Assembly (NCBI GenBank): GCA_963827235.1
Contig: CAWHAE010000009.1
Location: forward strand, 352,001 to 416,000
Source: an uncultured bacterium
GTDB taxonomy: Bacteria; Chloroflexota; UBA5177; JANWHV01
Direction of reading: 5' to 3'
Length of the DNA: 64,000 bases
Under the pieces are notes generated by a model, which searched no databases, was not told the origin of the DNA, and saw only the letters and a list, made by a program, of their open reading frames with translations. This document shows positions 31,401-43,576 of this stretch, in pieces; within the stretch, counting starts at the first letter, position 1, and every line of letters begins with the position of its first letter. Made by a program: the position numbers and the translations under genes.

Positions 31401-31710
31401 CGAGGGCGGTCCCGAGTCGCGCTCGACCCGGCGGCACCCAGCGATCCTGTCCTCCGCCGGTGGACGTTGCGCCAGCCGTGGGCGATCGAGGCGAGCCTGC
31501 CGCGTCCACCGCATCGCGTTGCTGCCATCCGGAGGAGCGCGGGCTGTCGCCGGGCCCTGAACGGCCGCCAAGCGGCTGGCCGGAACAACAGCGATGAATG
31601 CGCTACCCTACACGACAGTTCGAGTAGGATTGGGTCCGGCTGCGCGGCGCTCGACCCGGAGGCGCGGGCGAATTACTGGCGACCGGTGCCGATACCAATG
31701 GGAGAAGACA

Positions 31711-32754
31711 GTGAACTTCGATCTGCTCAAGAGGCTGTGCGAGACACCCGCGGTTCCAGGACGGGAAGAGGCACTGCGCACGCTCGTCCAGGCCGAGCTG
31801 GGTCAACTGACCAGGGACGTGCGCGTGGATGCCATGGGCAACGTCATAGCCCGTCTTGCGGGCTCGAGCGAGGGCGCGAGAACGGTGATGCTCGCGGCGC
31901 ACATGGACGAAATCGGCTTCCTCGTTCGCCACGTCGACAAGCGTGGCTTCATTCGTCTGCAGCCTGTCGGCGGCTTTGACGCGAGAGTCCTGGTCGCGCA
32001 GCGGGTGTGGGTGCACGCGGGCGGCGGCATGCTCCGCGGCATCTTGATGTCGGGCTCCAAGCCCATCCATCTGCTGCACAAGAAGGCCAAGGCGGCCAAG
32101 ATGGACGAGCTCTTCGTCGACCTCGGCCTGCCGGCAGAGAAGGTGCTCGAGCTGGTGGAGATCGGCGATCCCGTCACGCTCGATCGCGCGACGGAATACC
32201 TGGGCGACTGCGTGGTCAGCAAGGCACTGGACGACCGCCTGGGCATCTTCGTCATGATCGAAGCCCTGCGCGCGATGCGGGCTCCGGCCGTCACCATCGT
32301 GGCCGTGGCCACCGTGCAGGAGGAAGTCGGTCTGCGCGGTGCCGGCGCGGCGGCCTTCGGCATAGATCCCGACGTCGCGATCGCGCTCGATACCACGTTG
32401 GCGGTCGACATCCCGGGCGTGGAGGACGAGCTGGCGGTTACCCACCAGGGAGCGGGCACTGCGATCAAGATCATGGATTCCGCTTCGATCTCGCAGCCGG
32501 CGCTGGTACGGCAATTCCGTCGCATCGCGCGGTACCACCAGATTCCCCATCAGCTCGAGATTCTGCCCAGGGGCGGTACCGATGCCGGCACCATGCAGCG
32601 CAGCCGCGGCGGCGTCGCCGCCATCACCCTGTCCATTCCCAGCCGCTACGTGCACACGGTTAACGAGACGGCACATCTCACCGACATTCAGGCCAGCATC
32701 GATCTGCTCGCCAGGTATCTGGAGGAAGCGCATACCGGCGAGCTGAGCTCCTAA
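31711..32754 (+). CDS. M42 family metallopeptidase
   Basis: AAHMDEIG, KALDDR, TVQEEVGLRGA, GGTDAG, RYVHT. Confidence 0.94.
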   Translation: MNFDLLKRLCETPAVPGREEALRTLVQAELGQLTRDVRVDAMGNVIARLAGSSEGARTVMLAAHMDEIGFLVRHVDKRGFIRLQPVGGFDARVLVAQRVWVHAGGGMLRGILMSGSKPIHLLHKKAKAAKMDELFVDLGLPAEKVLELVEIGDPVTLDRATEYLGDCVVSKALDDRLGIFVMIEALRAMRAPAVTIVAVATVQEEVGLRGAGAAAFGIDPDVAIALDTTLAVDIPGVEDELAVTHQGAGTAIKIMDSASISQPALVRQFRRIARYHQIPHQLEILPRGGTDAGTMQRSRGGVAAITLSIPSRYVHTVNETAHLTDIQASIDLLARYLEEAHTGELSS

Positions 32755-32896
32755 GGCATCCAGATTGGCATCCGCGCCCTGCGTCGCCACCGCTGATAGC
32801 GCCTACCGGAGCTACCCCTCGCGGCGAAAATGCCGCGGAGGGGCAGCGCTAAGCCCAGCAATAGGTCTTCTGTGGTAGGCATGCGAAGCATTCCGT

Positions 32897-34450
32897 CTAC
32901 TTGAGATCGGTCCTCGGCGTGGTCGGTAACAGCAGCGGTGGTCGTGGCTGCTGATTGAAATCGAAGTCGTTGACCAGGTTGCCAAGGATCGACGCGCTCT
33001 CCCGCACGGCCGGACGGGAGTCAGGCCGTCCGTCCGTCTTCGGATCCAGGCGCCGGCTTCCAAGGAAGTCGTCTTCGATGAACTTGTTGTAGGCATCGAA
33101 GGAGAGCGTCTGATGGTCGATGTAGCCCTTTTTCGCATAGGGGCTGATCACGATACCCGGCACGCGCATGCCGTAGCCGTTCTTGTCTACGGTTGGCGGC
33201 ACCACGTGGTCGTAGAAGCCGCCCCAGTCGTCCCAGGCCAGGAAGATGGCTGTGCTGTCCCAGTCTGGACTCCTCATAATGGCGTTGATCAGCCCGGTGA
33301 CGTAACTCTGACCGGCCGTGATGAGATAGGGCGGGTGCTCGCTGAGGGCCAGGCTCGGTACCACCCAGCTCACCGCGGGGAGTGTACCGGCCTTGGCGTC
33401 GGCATAGAAATGCGTGAGATCCTGAATATTGCTGGTCTGCTTGTCCTGCTTGACGTCCGTGAAATACGGCAGGGGATTCCAGATGTACGGCGTACCCTGC
33501 CGTTCCTGCCGCGTCAGCTTCTGAACGTCGGCGGGCGAGATCGTGCCCTTCGGCAAGGAGGTCAAGTTGACAGACCCCGGTGCGACGTAATACTTCCAGC
33601 TCACCAGTTGCTGACTCAGAAGATAGGTGATGTCTGTCCAGGCATAGTTGCTCGGTACCACCTCGTTGCGCAATGCCTGTCGCTGTGCAGTCGGCAGCGA
33701 CCGACCGAACAGGGACAGCAGGCCGGCCAGGTTTTGCGGTGGCGTGCCCGAGGGAGATTGCAGCGCGGACGCGCAGCTCATCGGATCGTTCTGCTTGCTG
33801 CATACGGCTGACCAGCCCGACACCATGTAGAGGTGCGAGGGCAGGCTCCAGGAGGCGTTGGGCTCGTACAGGTGGTCTTGCAAGACGAAGTTGTTCGCGT
33901 ACGTCCAGTAGTTGAGAATGTCGCTCCCGTTGTGGTAGCCCATCACGTCGATAGCGGAACTGTTCGTGCAGCTCGGATTGGTGTTGTTGCCGCAACCCTT
34001 ATTAGCGCTCTCGGCCTGCCCGATGAAACCGTCCATCTTGCCGCCATCGAGATCCTTGGTCGACGCGGACGCCGTATGGGGGCCGCCGCCGTCCCCGTCC
34101 GAGGTATCGTGGTAGGGTTTCTGACAGATGCCTTTCTTGGGATCGGGGACACAGACGGCAGGGACACCATGTTTCATGGGGATGCCGTCGGCCCCGGGAT
34201 AGGTGCCGAAGTAATTGTCGAACGAGCGGTTCTCCTGCATGATCACGACCACGTGCCGGATCTTCTGGATACCGGATGCGGCATTCGCCCGCGGTGATCC
34301 GCCCTGAAGCCGGGGAATAATCGCGCCGGCTGTGAGCGCAGACAGTATAATCGCCGCCAAACCAAGCCTTCTTGCCTGTCGTGCCCCCCGTCCAGGTGCG
34401 TGTGGGTCTTGCCGGCGCCTGGAACCCGCCGGCCTGGCTGTTCCACTCAT
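32897..34450 (-). CDS. Secreted phosphoesterase (phospholipase C / AcpA family)
   Basis: [49 protein letters not shown]. Confidence 0.92.
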   Translation of the reverse strand: MSGTARPAGSRRRQDPHAPGRGARQARRLGLAAIILSALTAGAIIPRLQGGSPRANAASGIQKIRHVVVIMQENRSFDNYFGTYPGADGIPMKHGVPAVCVPDPKKGICQKPYHDTSDGDGGGPHTASASTKDLDGGKMDGFIGQAESANKGCGNNTNPSCTNSSAIDVMGYHNGSDILNYWTYANNFVLQDHLYEPNASWSLPSHLYMVSGWSAVCSKQNDPMSCASALQSPSGTPPQNLAGLLSLFGRSLPTAQRQALRNEVVPSNYAWTDITYLLSQQLVSWKYYVAPGSVNLTSLPKGTISPADVQKLTRQERQGTPYIWNPLPYFTDVKQDKQTSNIQDLTHFYADAKAGTLPAVSWVVPSLALSEHPPYLITAGQSYVTGLINAIMRSPDWDSTAIFLAWDDWGGFYDHVVPPTVDKNGYGMRVPGIVISPYAKKGYIDHQTLSFDAYNKFIEDDFLGSRRLDPKTDGRPDSRPAVRESASILGNLVNDFDFNQQPRPPLLLPTTPRTDLK

Positions 34451-34502
34451 CGATCCTCTCCTCATCTTGGGTGGCGGCGATCGCAAATCCCTGCCTCGCA
34501 GT

Positions 34503-34892
34503 CTAGAGCGCACTCAACACGGGATGCGGCATCGTATCCAGGGCAGTCACTTTGGCCAGGAGTCTCGCGTACACCTGGCCTTCCCGCGAGGCGCTCATGA
34601 TGCCCCTGCCGGCCGCGGTGTCGAGCCGGGTCTTGGTCCGGGCAAGCAGTGCGGTGGCGAGATCGCCCGCGCTCTTATACTTGGTTCCCGCGATCTCCAG
34701 CAGGCTGTCCCCCTTGAGGAGATCCATGGCCAGCACGCCGGCGCTCACGCCTTCCACCCGTGCTATGGGGCTGCAATAGTGTGCTGAGACGACCGGTTGT
34801 GCCGGTGCTGCCTGCGCCACCGCTGTACCGGTCGTCCCTATCAGCCCGGCGAGAACGGCCGCCGCGATCAGCTGCGCTACTCTGCGATTCAC
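34503..34892 (-). CDS. Small exported hypothetical protein
   Basis: Signal peptide (AVAQA); RBS GGAGGA; likely co-transcribed with the phosphoesterase. Confidence 0.65.
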   Translation of the reverse strand: MNRRVAQLIAAAVLAGLIGTTGTAVAQAAPAQPVVSAHYCSPIARVEGVSAGVLAMDLLKGDSLLEIAGTKYKSAGDLATALLARTKTRLDTAAGRGIMSASREGQVYARLLAKVTALDTMPHPVLSAL

Positions 34893-35048
34893 GACTCTTC
34901 CTCCAGATTGTGGGAGCTTCAGCTTTCGTGCGTCATGCTGCCGCGGCGGGCGCGCTCGTGACCGCCCGACCGCACGGCCATCCGCATCGTAGTCCGATCA
35001 CCTTGGCAAGTTGTGACCAAACTGTGTGCTGGGCTCGGGCGTTTGCCC

Positions 35049-35190
35049 TCACGGAGGCGTCCTGGGCGGCGGACTTGTCGGGACCAAGGAGGACGGCCAC
35101 CAGTTGCAGCGCCCCAGGAGCACCACCGCTCGGGGCACCAGCAGGGTGCGAACCAGGAAGGTGTCCACGAGCACGACCAGGCAGGCGTGC
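35049..35190 (-). pseudogene. C-terminal remnant of an MMPL-family transporter
   Basis: VLVDTFLVRTLLVP..VVLLGRCNWWP matches the MMPL terminal motif. Confidence 0.7.
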
Positions 35191-35299
35191 GAGTCGAATT
35201 CGCGCTCCTGTTGGGTCACTGGTGTCCCGGCAGCCAGGACCCCTCGCCTGAGCGGATCGATTTCCTGATCGCCTCGGCGTAGCCGGGCTTCGGTCCAGG

Positions 35300-35430
35300 C
35301 GGGCGGCGCAGCAAGGCGGAGGCACGAACGACCAATTTGCCCGGCGAGAACGGTTTGCCGGCATAGCCGTCGACGCGCTCGGCAAAGCAGCGCAAGCGGT
35401 CTTCCTCGACCCGGGGCGCGGTGAACATGA
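35300..35430 (-). pseudogene. Degenerate OmpR-type response regulator receiver remnant
   Basis: MFTA..EEDRLRCF..DGY.GKPFSP.KLV.R.SALLRR. Confidence 0.6.
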
Positions 35431-35769
35431 GCTCGAGAGCGGCAATCTCGGCTGCAGAGCTGGAAAGGGTACGATATGTCGACACAGCTGCCGTGGCAGG
35501 AAAACAAACACAGGTTGGCGCTTGTGCGCTGTCCCGGCTTCATGGTGGCCAATCCTCTATCCAGTGGCCGCAAGACCGTTCGGAGGGAGTCATGGATGTC
35601 GACAAGGTTGTCTGAGCTATGGGCCCGTACGTGCTTCCACGCTCTACGGTCGCGCTATCGTCGCCGGCCGTTGGCCGCCTCCGGGGCGACGAAAGCCAGA
35701 ACGTGGGAGGCCGATCCGGCATGCCGGTGCACTCTAGTGTTTTGATACCTTCTTGAGGGAGCAGTCTCC

Positions 35770-37326
35770 ATGCATTCTGTAGCGGACGATCGTGCGGTGC
35801 CATCAACACCCAGAAGCGAAGCCATGCGGCAACTCTATCGGCCGCAATTCCACTTCTCGCCGCCCAGGAATTGGATGAATGATCCCAATGGCCTGGTGTA
35901 TTACGAAGGCGACTACCACCTGTTCTATCAGCATAATCCTGATGCCATGGTGCACGGCACGGAACGGCCAATGCACTGGGGCCATGCCATCAGCACCGAT
36001 CTGGTGCGGTGGACCGATCTTCCGATCGCCTTATCGCCGGATCACCTGGGCGACATCTGGTCCGGATGTGCGGTGGTGGATCATGAAGACAGTGCAGGTT
36101 TGTTCGCCGGTCAGGCTGGGCTCGTTGCCGTTTTCACGCAGAGCCTGGATAGCCTGCAGCAGCAGAGCATCGCCTACAGTAGCGACAAGGGCCGGACCTG
36201 GACGATGTTCCCGGGAAATCCCGTGCTGTCCAATCCTGGTTTGCCCGACATGCGCGATCCCAAAGTGTTCTGGCATGCGCCTGCGAAGCGATGGGTCATG
36301 GTCCTTGCCTGCGGTGACCACGTCCGGCTCTATACGTCGCCGGATCTGATCGGCTGGACGCATGTCAGCTCCTTCGGCCAAGGGCATGGATCCCACGCCG
36401 GTGTCTGGGAGTGTCCGGATCTGTTCTCCTTGCCGGTTGACGGCGATCCAAACGACCGAAGATGGCTGTTGTCCGTCAGCGTGGGAAATGCTCAGTTTAG
36501 CCGTGTCCAGTACTTCGTCGGTCGATTCACCGGTGACGAGTTCATCAATGACGACGCGGCCGGCGTGATCAGGTGGGCCGACTGCGGCGCGGACAACTAC
36601 GCCGCTGTCACGTGGTCGGACACATCTCTTGCGGATGGACGCCGAGTGTGGATTGGCTGGATGGCCTCGCCGTCGTATGCCGAGCGGGTTCCTACGAGTC
36701 CCTGGAGAGGCTGCTTGACACTGCCCCGCTTCCTCGATCTGCATGCAACCGGGCACGGTCTGCGGCTGGCACAGACCCCTGTCCCCGCATTGCGCCAGTT
36801 GCGCGGAGAGGGCCGTCACTGGGCGCACACAACGGTCGTGCCCGGGACAAACCTTCTTTCGGGCACTACAGGGCGAGCACTTGAGTTCGCAGGGCAGTTC
36901 GCGCCGCCGGTGTCGACGGAGTTTGGCTTTCGGGTACATACGAACGGCGAACACTACACAACCGTTGGATACGACTCGAGAACCTCGACGTTGTTCATCG
37001 ATCGAACCGCTTCTGGACTCACGTCCTTTAGCCCGCGCTTCTCAGGCCGTCATGAGGTCCAGCTCCCCTTGCGAAACGGTGCCCTCGAGCTCCAGATCTT
37101 CATCGACTGGTCGTCGATCGAAGTCTTTGGCAACGGCGGTGAGGCCGTGATCACCGATCTCATCTTCCCCGATATCGACGCACTCGGCCTGGAACTCTAC
37201 GCTTGCGGCGGCGAGGTCGCGATCGAGTCCCTGGATATCTACCCCGTTATGTCGATCTGGGAGCCTGGCTCGCCGGTCTTGACCGTGCCCGACACCTGTT
37301 TGGCTGCAGATCCAACCGACCAGTAA
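35770..37326 (+). CDS. GH32 beta-fructosidase (levanase/exo-inulinase-like), no signal peptide
   Basis: WMNDPNG, HWGHA, WSG, RDPKVFW, WECPDLF, DWSSIEVF. Confidence 0.94.
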   Translation: MHSVADDRAVPSTPRSEAMRQLYRPQFHFSPPRNWMNDPNGLVYYEGDYHLFYQHNPDAMVHGTERPMHWGHAISTDLVRWTDLPIALSPDHLGDIWSGCAVVDHEDSAGLFAGQAGLVAVFTQSLDSLQQQSIAYSSDKGRTWTMFPGNPVLSNPGLPDMRDPKVFWHAPAKRWVMVLACGDHVRLYTSPDLIGWTHVSSFGQGHGSHAGVWECPDLFSLPVDGDPNDRRWLLSVSVGNAQFSRVQYFVGRFTGDEFINDDAAGVIRWADCGADNYAAVTWSDTSLADGRRVWIGWMASPSYAERVPTSPWRGCLTLPRFLDLHATGHGLRLAQTPVPALRQLRGEGRHWAHTTVVPGTNLLSGTTGRALEFAGQFAPPVSTEFGFRVHTNGEHYTTVGYDSRTSTLFIDRTASGLTSFSPRFSGRHEVQLPLRNGALELQIFIDWSSIEVFGNGGEAVITDLIFPDIDALGLELYACGGEVAIESLDIYPVMSIWEPGSPVLTVPDTCLAADPTDQ

Positions 37327-37456
37327 TGGTTGTAAGCAGTGATCGAAACAGAGGGACAAGTGTCGCAGCCAGCCGCTCGAGGTCCGGATAGACGAAAGCA
37401 ACTACAATTCGTTCGCGACGATCACTACGCATCGGACGACCACCCCATGTCCGCGT

Positions 37457-37996
37457 CGCACCTCGCTCGGCCCCATGTCCGCGTTCGCGATCAGGCCTGT
37501 CCCGGCAAAGCGCGCCTGCTGCCGCTCCCGCGCCGCCTGCACCGCATGGGACGGCTCGCCCTGGCTCTCGCCCGTCAGCTTCTCGTACTGCACTCGCGGC
37601 ACTTCCACGTGGATGTCGATGCGGTCCATCAGCGGCCCCGACAGCCGGTGCTGGTACTTCGCTATCGCCCCCGGCGAGCACGTGCACTCCCGCACGCTGT
37701 CCCCGGCATAGCCGCACGGGCACGGGTTCATCGCCCCTACCAGCATGAACTTGGCTGGAAAGGTCACCGAGCCATTCACCCGGCTGATCGTCACCGTGCC
37801 GTCCTCCAGCGGCTGCCGCAGCACTTCCAGCCCCGCCTGGCCGAACTCCGGCAGCTCGTCCAGGAACAGCACCCCCCGGTGCGCCAGCGAGATCTCGCCC
37901 GGGCGCGGCCAGCGCCCGCTTCACATGCTCCTGGCCGCGCACCGCGGAGAAGTCCACCGCCGGGCTGGGCTGGACGTCCAGGTCCAGAGCCAGGGG
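37457..37996 (-). repeat. Partial yifB/comM copy A (matches 44335-~45130, with two deletions)
   Basis: Near-identical to the intact gene; 12-nt deletion at a GCACC repeat and 245-nt deletion at an 11-nt repeat CCAGCGCCCGC that removes Walker A. Confidence 0.95.
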
Positions 37997-38021
37997 CGTG
38001 GCTACCGCCGTGTCACGCCGC

Positions 38022-38501
38022 CTACTGACCCTGCACGACGAGCGTGTAGCAGCCCTGGTTGTGCAGGGTACAGCTGCCGGCACGCAGCTGCACGCTGTAC
38101 ACCGCCGGCTCATTCCAGTCCACAGGAGCCGGGCCGGTGCCGCGCGTCAGCAGGCTGCCCACGACCGGCACCCGGCGCAAGATGTTCCAGGTCGAGTCGC
38201 CCGCCTGCACTTCCAGGGGAAACTGGACGCCCGCATTCTGGGTCGCATCGTCGAGAAGGAGCGCCTGCAGATAGCACAGGGTCACGCTCGGCGCACAGGG
38301 ATAGAGCTCGACGGCCGTGCCGCGGACCAGCAGCGTACGGCCAACCCAGGCAGCCGGGTTTCGCGCCAGCCCGGCAGAGATCTGCGCCACGCTGTACACC
38401 GGCGCGGCGGCAAGCGGCCGCGCCGGCAATGGCCGGGGGCGGAGCCACCAGGTCGCCAGCCCGGCGCCGAGCAGGAGCACCAGAGCATATCTCATCCTCA
38501 T
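38022..38501 (-). CDS. Hypothetical membrane-anchored protein
   Basis: N-terminal TM helix YALVLLLGAGLATWW, P..WVGRTLLVRG, two Cys pairs. Confidence 0.65.
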   Translation of the reverse strand: MRMRYALVLLLGAGLATWWLRPRPLPARPLAAAPVYSVAQISAGLARNPAAWVGRTLLVRGTAVELYPCAPSVTLCYLQALLLDDATQNAGVQFPLEVQAGDSTWNILRRVPVVGSLLTRGTGPAPVDWNEPAVYSVQLRAGSCTLHNQGCYTLVVQGQ

Positions 38502-39035
38502 CAGACTGACCCTGCCAGCCCGGTCCTTCAATCCTCCGCGCTTGCGGACGGCGCATCCTGTGCTGGCGGCTGACCGCGCAGCCAAGGTCTCGCAGCCCGG
38601 ACATACTGGTCCGCCGCCCCAGACCCTGCGCGTGCCGAGCGATCGGCACAGCCGGCGGAACGGGCGCGCTGCCCGTGGCGGCTCTGCAGGCAAGACCAGC
38701 GTGCCGGATTACCAATGCGCTTCCCCTACCGGTGTACCACCACGCGACATTGTGCGACGCTCTCAAGGACCGGCAAGCGGCTGGGTCTCCTGTCGCCTTC
38801 AGCTTCCAATTGCATTGCTCGAACTGTGGGCAGAGGCGCTGCGCCGCGTTGATAGCGGATATCCTAGCGTTGATGGTGGAGTCGAGGAATGACACCATTG
38901 CAGAGACCTTGACCAAGGCCGAAGAGTGGAAAAGCCCGAGAGACCCTGCGGGTCTCGTCACCGTCGTGGAGGCATCGATGTCAGGGTGCACCGCTGGCAC
39001 ATCTTGGGACAGAGCAACGCGGCAAGGAGTAGCCG

Positions 39036-39923
39036 ATGGCGATGAACGTAACTAAGGCGGTGATCACGGCGGCCGGGCCCGGTCAGCGCACCCTGCCGGT
39101 CCAGATGCTCATTGACCGCGATGGCGTCGAAAAGCCTCTGCTCCAAATCTTCGTCGAGGAAATCGTGAGCGCCGGGATCGAGGAAATCGGGGTGGTCGTG
39201 GCCCCCGGAGATGAAACGTCGTACCAGGAGGCAATCGGCGACCGGGATGGCTTGGGCCACGGTTACCGCGGCGCCAACGTGACGTTCATCTGCCAGGAAC
39301 GTCCTTTAGGGTATGGTCACGCCGTCTACTGCGCCCGCGACTTTGTCGGCGGCGAGCCCTTCCTGCACCTTGTCGGCGATCACCTCTACGTCTCCGGGAG
39401 CGAGAAGTCGTGTGCCCGTCAGCTGGTCGAAACAGCCAGCGCCCAGGAATGCGCCGTCTCGACCGTGCAGGCCACGCGGGAGAGTCTGCTCCCCTACTTC
39501 GGCGCCATCGGGGGCCGCCGCATCCAGGGACGCCGCGAGCTCTACCTGGTTGAGACGGTTATTGAGAAGCCGGCGCCAACCGAGGCGGAACTCAGGCTTG
39601 CCGTCCCCGGCCTGCGGGCTGGGCACTACCTCTGCTTCTTCGGCATGCACGTGCTCACACCCACGATCATGGAGATCCTGAGCGATCAGCTGGCAGAGGC
39701 CACGGCCGCGACCACGCTCTCCGCGGCATTGGCCAGGCTCGCCGAGCGAGAGAGATACCTGGCTCTCGAGGAGCACGCTTGGCGGTACGACGTCGGCGCC
39801 AGGTACGGCATCTTCAACGCGCAGCTTGCCCTGGCGCTCAGTGGGAAGGACCGCGCCGAGGTGCTCTCGTTGCTCCTCGAGCTGGTGGCGCAGCGGGACC
39901 TCGGCGCAACGCAGAGGTCATGA
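39036..39923 (+). CDS. GalU-like sugar-phosphate nucleotidyltransferase
   Basis: [32 protein letters not shown]. Confidence 0.88.
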   Translation: MAMNVTKAVITAAGPGQRTLPVQMLIDRDGVEKPLLQIFVEEIVSAGIEEIGVVVAPGDETSYQEAIGDRDGLGHGYRGANVTFICQERPLGYGHAVYCARDFVGGEPFLHLVGDHLYVSGSEKSCARQLVETASAQECAVSTVQATRESLLPYFGAIGGRRIQGRRELYLVETVIEKPAPTEAELRLAVPGLRAGHYLCFFGMHVLTPTIMEILSDQLAEATAATTLSAALARLAERERYLALEEHAWRYDVGARYGIFNAQLALALSGKDRAEVLSLLLELVAQRDLGATQRS

Positions 39924-42900
39924 TGAGCGGGCAACTCGTCGAGATCCTCACATCTACCGACCCGGCAGTTCGCAACCGATCACTCGATGCGTGCTGCAGA
40001 ACGGCGTCGCTGGCCGAGCTTCAGCGCGAATGCGCGGACCTGGAGGCCCTGCGGCACACCAGTGCCAATCTCTACGAGCGCGTGCGCGCACTGTTCTTCC
40101 TGTACGCCATCCACCGCTTCCACGTGCCGGCCAAGCTCACTGGGCCAGCTTCTGGGCTGATTCCCTATGAGGGCTATGCTCGCCTGCTGCAGCGGCGCTT
40201 CGAAGAAGCGATAACGGAGTTCCTCGGCGCCGGACGAAGCTCTGGCAATAGCGCAGCGATTTCCAGCGCCCTGGCCGAAGCCTACCGCCGCCTCGGTTTG
40301 CAGACGCTGGCCGATCAAGTGCGCCGAAGCGTCCGCTCGGTGCGCGGCAATCAATGGATGTTCCGCGTCGGCCATCCCATGGACCAGCCACTTCGCGTGC
40401 GCCACGAACTGGTGGAGCGGTCGCCAGATGGCCTGTTCCCGATCCTCCATGAGGCAACGCCGGTCCGCATGGACCTGAACCACTGTGCCTGGAGCGACAT
40501 CTTCTTTCTCGGGATGGATTATCCCGAGGGCGCCCGCGTGCTGAACGTCTCGATAGACCTCGCGGTCCGTGGGCGCGAGCCTTCCCCGCGCCCACCCGTG
40601 GAGGCATACTTCCGCGTCATCGACGAGCCTGTCCTCCGCCTGGCGAGCGTGGATCTCGGCGCCACGGCAGAGATAAAGAGCCTCGCCGAGGTGTTCGACT
40701 ACGCCGCCGACTACCTCGGCCTCCTCAAGGCCGCGGTCATCGCGTCTGGTCTCGTTCCTCCTGGGATCGAAGGCTCCGGCGAGCGCCTCGAGGACCTGCT
40801 GGCTCGTGTTGCCGGCGAAGGCAAGGGTATCGAGCTCGTCAGCCGTGTCAATGGCATCCCAAAGGGCTCGCGCCTCGCGGTGTCGACCAACCTGCTTGCC
40901 AGCCTGATCGCGGTGTGCATGCGAGCAACCGGCCAGACCGCCTCGATGGTTGGCGAACTCGCCGAAAGCGAGCGGCGCATCGTGGCGGCACGCGCCATTC
41001 TGGGCGAGTGGTTGGCGGGCTCGGGCGGGGGATGGCAGGACTCGGGCGGGGTCTGGCCCGACATGAAGCTGATCACCGGCGTTCTGGCCTCACCGGACGA
41101 CCCAGAGTACGGCATCAGCCGCGGCTGTCTCTTGCCGGTGCACCACATCCTCACCGCGGACGAGGCGTCGGACGACACCCGCAGCCGCCTCCAGGACAGC
41201 CTGGTGCTCGTCCACGGCGGCATGGCGCAGAACGTCGGACCGATGCTCGAGATGGTAACCGAGAAGTACTTGCTGCGCTCCGAGGCCGAGTGGGCCGCGC
41301 GGCAGGAGGCCGGCGCCATCCTGGACGAGATCCTTGGCCTCCTTCGCACGGGCGACACCCACGCCATCGGCGCCGCAACCACGCGCTGCTTCCTCGGGCC
41401 CATTCGCACGATTGTCCCACGTGCGACAAACCTCTTCACCGAGTCGCTGATCGATCAGGTGCGAGCTGAGTTTGGCGAAGCGTTCTGGGGCTTCTGGATG
41501 CTCGGAGGAGCCTCCGGAGGTGGGATGGGCTTCATCTTCACGCCGGAGCGGCGAGATGCCGCGAAGGACCGCCTCCAGGAGATCATGCTGCAGACGAAGC
41601 GGCGCCTCGAGCACGCGCTGCCCTTTGCCATCGATCCGGTGGTCTACGACTTCGCCATCAACACGCGGGGGACGGTTGCCGACTTGCGCTCGGGCGGCTC
41701 GGCCCTGATGCCGTCCGGCTACTACCCGCTGACCATTCCCGGACTCCTCCGGCAGGACCCGCTCAGTCTTGCGCAGGGACGCCGCGTCGAGTTAAGCCGC
41801 GTCGGCATGGTCTGCCGCACCCAGCCTGAGTTCTCCGGCATGGTGCAACGGATCTTCGACCGGGTCATGCCTGAGCCAGGGCATGAAGATGGCAACGGCC
41901 AGAGCCTGCACGACCTGCTCGCCGCACTCGGCTTCGACCGCATCCAGCACGAGCAAATCCGGGCGGACCTGCGGAGCGGCCGTATTGGCCTGGCCCAAAA
42001 CCGGCTACCGGCGCGGACCGTCATCCGCGACGCCGAACCGGGCGACGTGGCCAGCCTCGTGGCGCTGCCGGAACTCCGGACCTTGCAGGAGCGCGGCCGG
42101 CAGCTGGTGGGCGAGGGTGCCGCCGCGGTGGTCACGTTCGCCGCTGGCGTCGGCAGCCGCTGGACCGAGGGAGCAGGTGTGGTCAAGGCGCTCAACCCCT
42201 TCGGCAGGCTCGCCGGCAAGCACCGTACGTTTCTCGAGATCCACCTCGCGAAGAGCCGGCGCCTCGGCCGGGAGTGCGGGGTGGCCTTGCCACACGTCGT
42301 CACTACCAGCTTTCTGACCGATCAGCCGATCCGGGATTTCCTCGAATCCCACGACCGCTACGGCTACGGCGGACCACTGGTACTCTCGCCCGGGCGGAAT
42401 GTCGGGTTGCGTCTGGTGCCGATGACGCGCGACCTGCGCTTCGCCTGGGAGGAGATGCCCCAGCAGCTGCTCGATGAGCAGGCGCAGAAGGTGCGGAAGA
42501 GCCAGCGTGCGGCGCTCATCGGCTGGGCCTTGCAGTTGGGTGAGGGCAGCGACTACACGGACAATGTGCCACTCCAATGTCTCCACCCAGTTGGCCATTG
42601 GTTCGAGTTCGCCAACATGCTCAGGAATGGTGTCCTGGCGCAGCTCATCGCGGAGCGCCCCACGCTGCAGGTGCTGATGGTGCACAACATCGACACGGTG
42701 GGCACGGACGTCGATCCGGCGCTCCTTGCGTGGCATCTCGAGACGGAGGTGGCCATGACCGTGGAAGTGATCCGGCGGTACGTCGAGGACCGAGGCGGTG
42801 GCCTGGCCCGCGCCGATGGACGCTTGCGGCTGGTTGAGGGCCTGGCCATGCCGCGTGAGCAGGACGAGTTCAATCTCACGTTCTATAACACGGGCACGAT

Positions 42901-43243
42901 GTGGCTACATGTCGACCGCGTTCTGGCGGTCTTTGGGCTGACGAGGGCCGACCTCGGCGACGAGGAGCGCGTCGCGGCAGCGGTACGGGCAGTGGCGACG
43001 CGCATGCCGACGTACGTCACGCTGAAAGACGTCAAGAAACGTTGGGGACAGGGCCAGGAGGATATCCTGCCGGTGGCACAGTTCGAGAAGCTCTGGGGCG
43101 ACATGACTGCTCTGCCCGAGCTGGAGTGTCGCTATGTTGAGGTGCCGCGGCCACGCGGGCAGCAGCTCAAAGACGTCGCCCAGCTCGATGGCTGGCTCCG
43201 CGATGGCTCCAGCGACTACGTCGCCTCGATCTGCGCCTTCTAG
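39920..43243 (+). CDS. Bifunctional GHMP-type sugar kinase / UDP-sugar pyrophosphorylase-like protein (~1107 aa)
   Basis: [31 protein letters not shown] (GHMP/fucokinase-like), then [22 protein letters not shown] (UDPGP-like); ATGA overlap with the upstream gene. Confidence 0.85.
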   Translation: MMSGQLVEILTSTDPAVRNRSLDACCRTASLAELQRECADLEALRHTSANLYERVRALFFLYAIHRFHVPAKLTGPASGLIPYEGYARLLQRRFEEAITEFLGAGRSSGNSAAISSALAEAYRRLGLQTLADQVRRSVRSVRGNQWMFRVGHPMDQPLRVRHELVERSPDGLFPILHEATPVRMDLNHCAWSDIFFLGMDYPEGARVLNVSIDLAVRGREPSPRPPVEAYFRVIDEPVLRLASVDLGATAEIKSLAEVFDYAADYLGLLKAAVIASGLVPPGIEGSGERLEDLLARVAGEGKGIELVSRVNGIPKGSRLAVSTNLLASLIAVCMRATGQTASMVGELAESERRIVAARAILGEWLAGSGGGWQDSGGVWPDMKLITGVLASPDDPEYGISRGCLLPVHHILTADEASDDTRSRLQDSLVLVHGGMAQNVGPMLEMVTEKYLLRSEAEWAARQEAGAILDEILGLLRTGDTHAIGAATTRCFLGPIRTIVPRATNLFTESLIDQVRAEFGEAFWGFWMLGGASGGGMGFIFTPERRDAAKDRLQEIMLQTKRRLEHALPFAIDPVVYDFAINTRGTVADLRSGGSALMPSGYYPLTIPGLLRQDPLSLAQGRRVELSRVGMVCRTQPEFSGMVQRIFDRVMPEPGHEDGNGQSLHDLLAALGFDRIQHEQIRADLRSGRIGLAQNRLPARTVIRDAEPGDVASLVALPELRTLQERGRQLVGEGAAAVVTFAAGVGSRWTEGAGVVKALNPFGRLAGKHRTFLEIHLAKSRRLGRECGVALPHVVTTSFLTDQPIRDFLESHDRYGYGGPLVLSPGRNVGLRLVPMTRDLRFAWEEMPQQLLDEQAQKVRKSQRAALIGWALQLGEGSDYTDNVPLQCLHPVGHWFEFANMLRNGVLAQLIAERPTLQVLMVHNIDTVGTDVDPALLAWHLETEVAMTVEVIRRYVEDRGGGLARADGRLRLVEGLAMPREQDEFNLTFYNTGTMWLHVDRVLAVFGLTRADLGDEERVAAAVRAVATRMPTYVTLKDVKKRWGQGQEDILPVAQFEKLWGDMTALPELECRYVEVPRPRGQQLKDVAQLDGWLRDGSSDYVASICAF

Positions 43244-43417
43244 CGAGGAGCCGTATGCAAACCACACGTCGCGTGGCAGAAGCCCTTCTCCGGTGGGGAA
43301 ACGGTCGGCGTTGTCCAGGGCTGCGTTGCCGCGTTTCCTCAATGGGCGGAGTGTACACCATGGCATAGATACCTCGAATACTGCGGTAGACGGGCATCGA
43401 ACGACTGGATAGGCTCC

Positions 43418-43576
43418 TCAGGAAGTCAATTCGTCGATGAAGGTAGCCGGCGACGCCTGGAAGTACTCCGCCAGCTTCTGCACGTGCGTCATGGCCAGTC
43501 GACGCTTGTTATGCAGAATCTCGGACACGAGTGATCGTCGCCCCAGTACCGGCACGAGATCGGCCTGTCGGAGGCC
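43418..43576 (-). pseudogene. C-terminal HTH half of a HigA-type antitoxin
   Basis: Manual translation [46 protein letters not shown]; its 5' end abuts yifB copy B. Confidence 0.78.

Noticed and set aside
38520-39030. Cys-containing short ORFs (CPGC, CSNC) as zinc-finger genes
   Set aside because: No convincing start or family motif; left unassigned.
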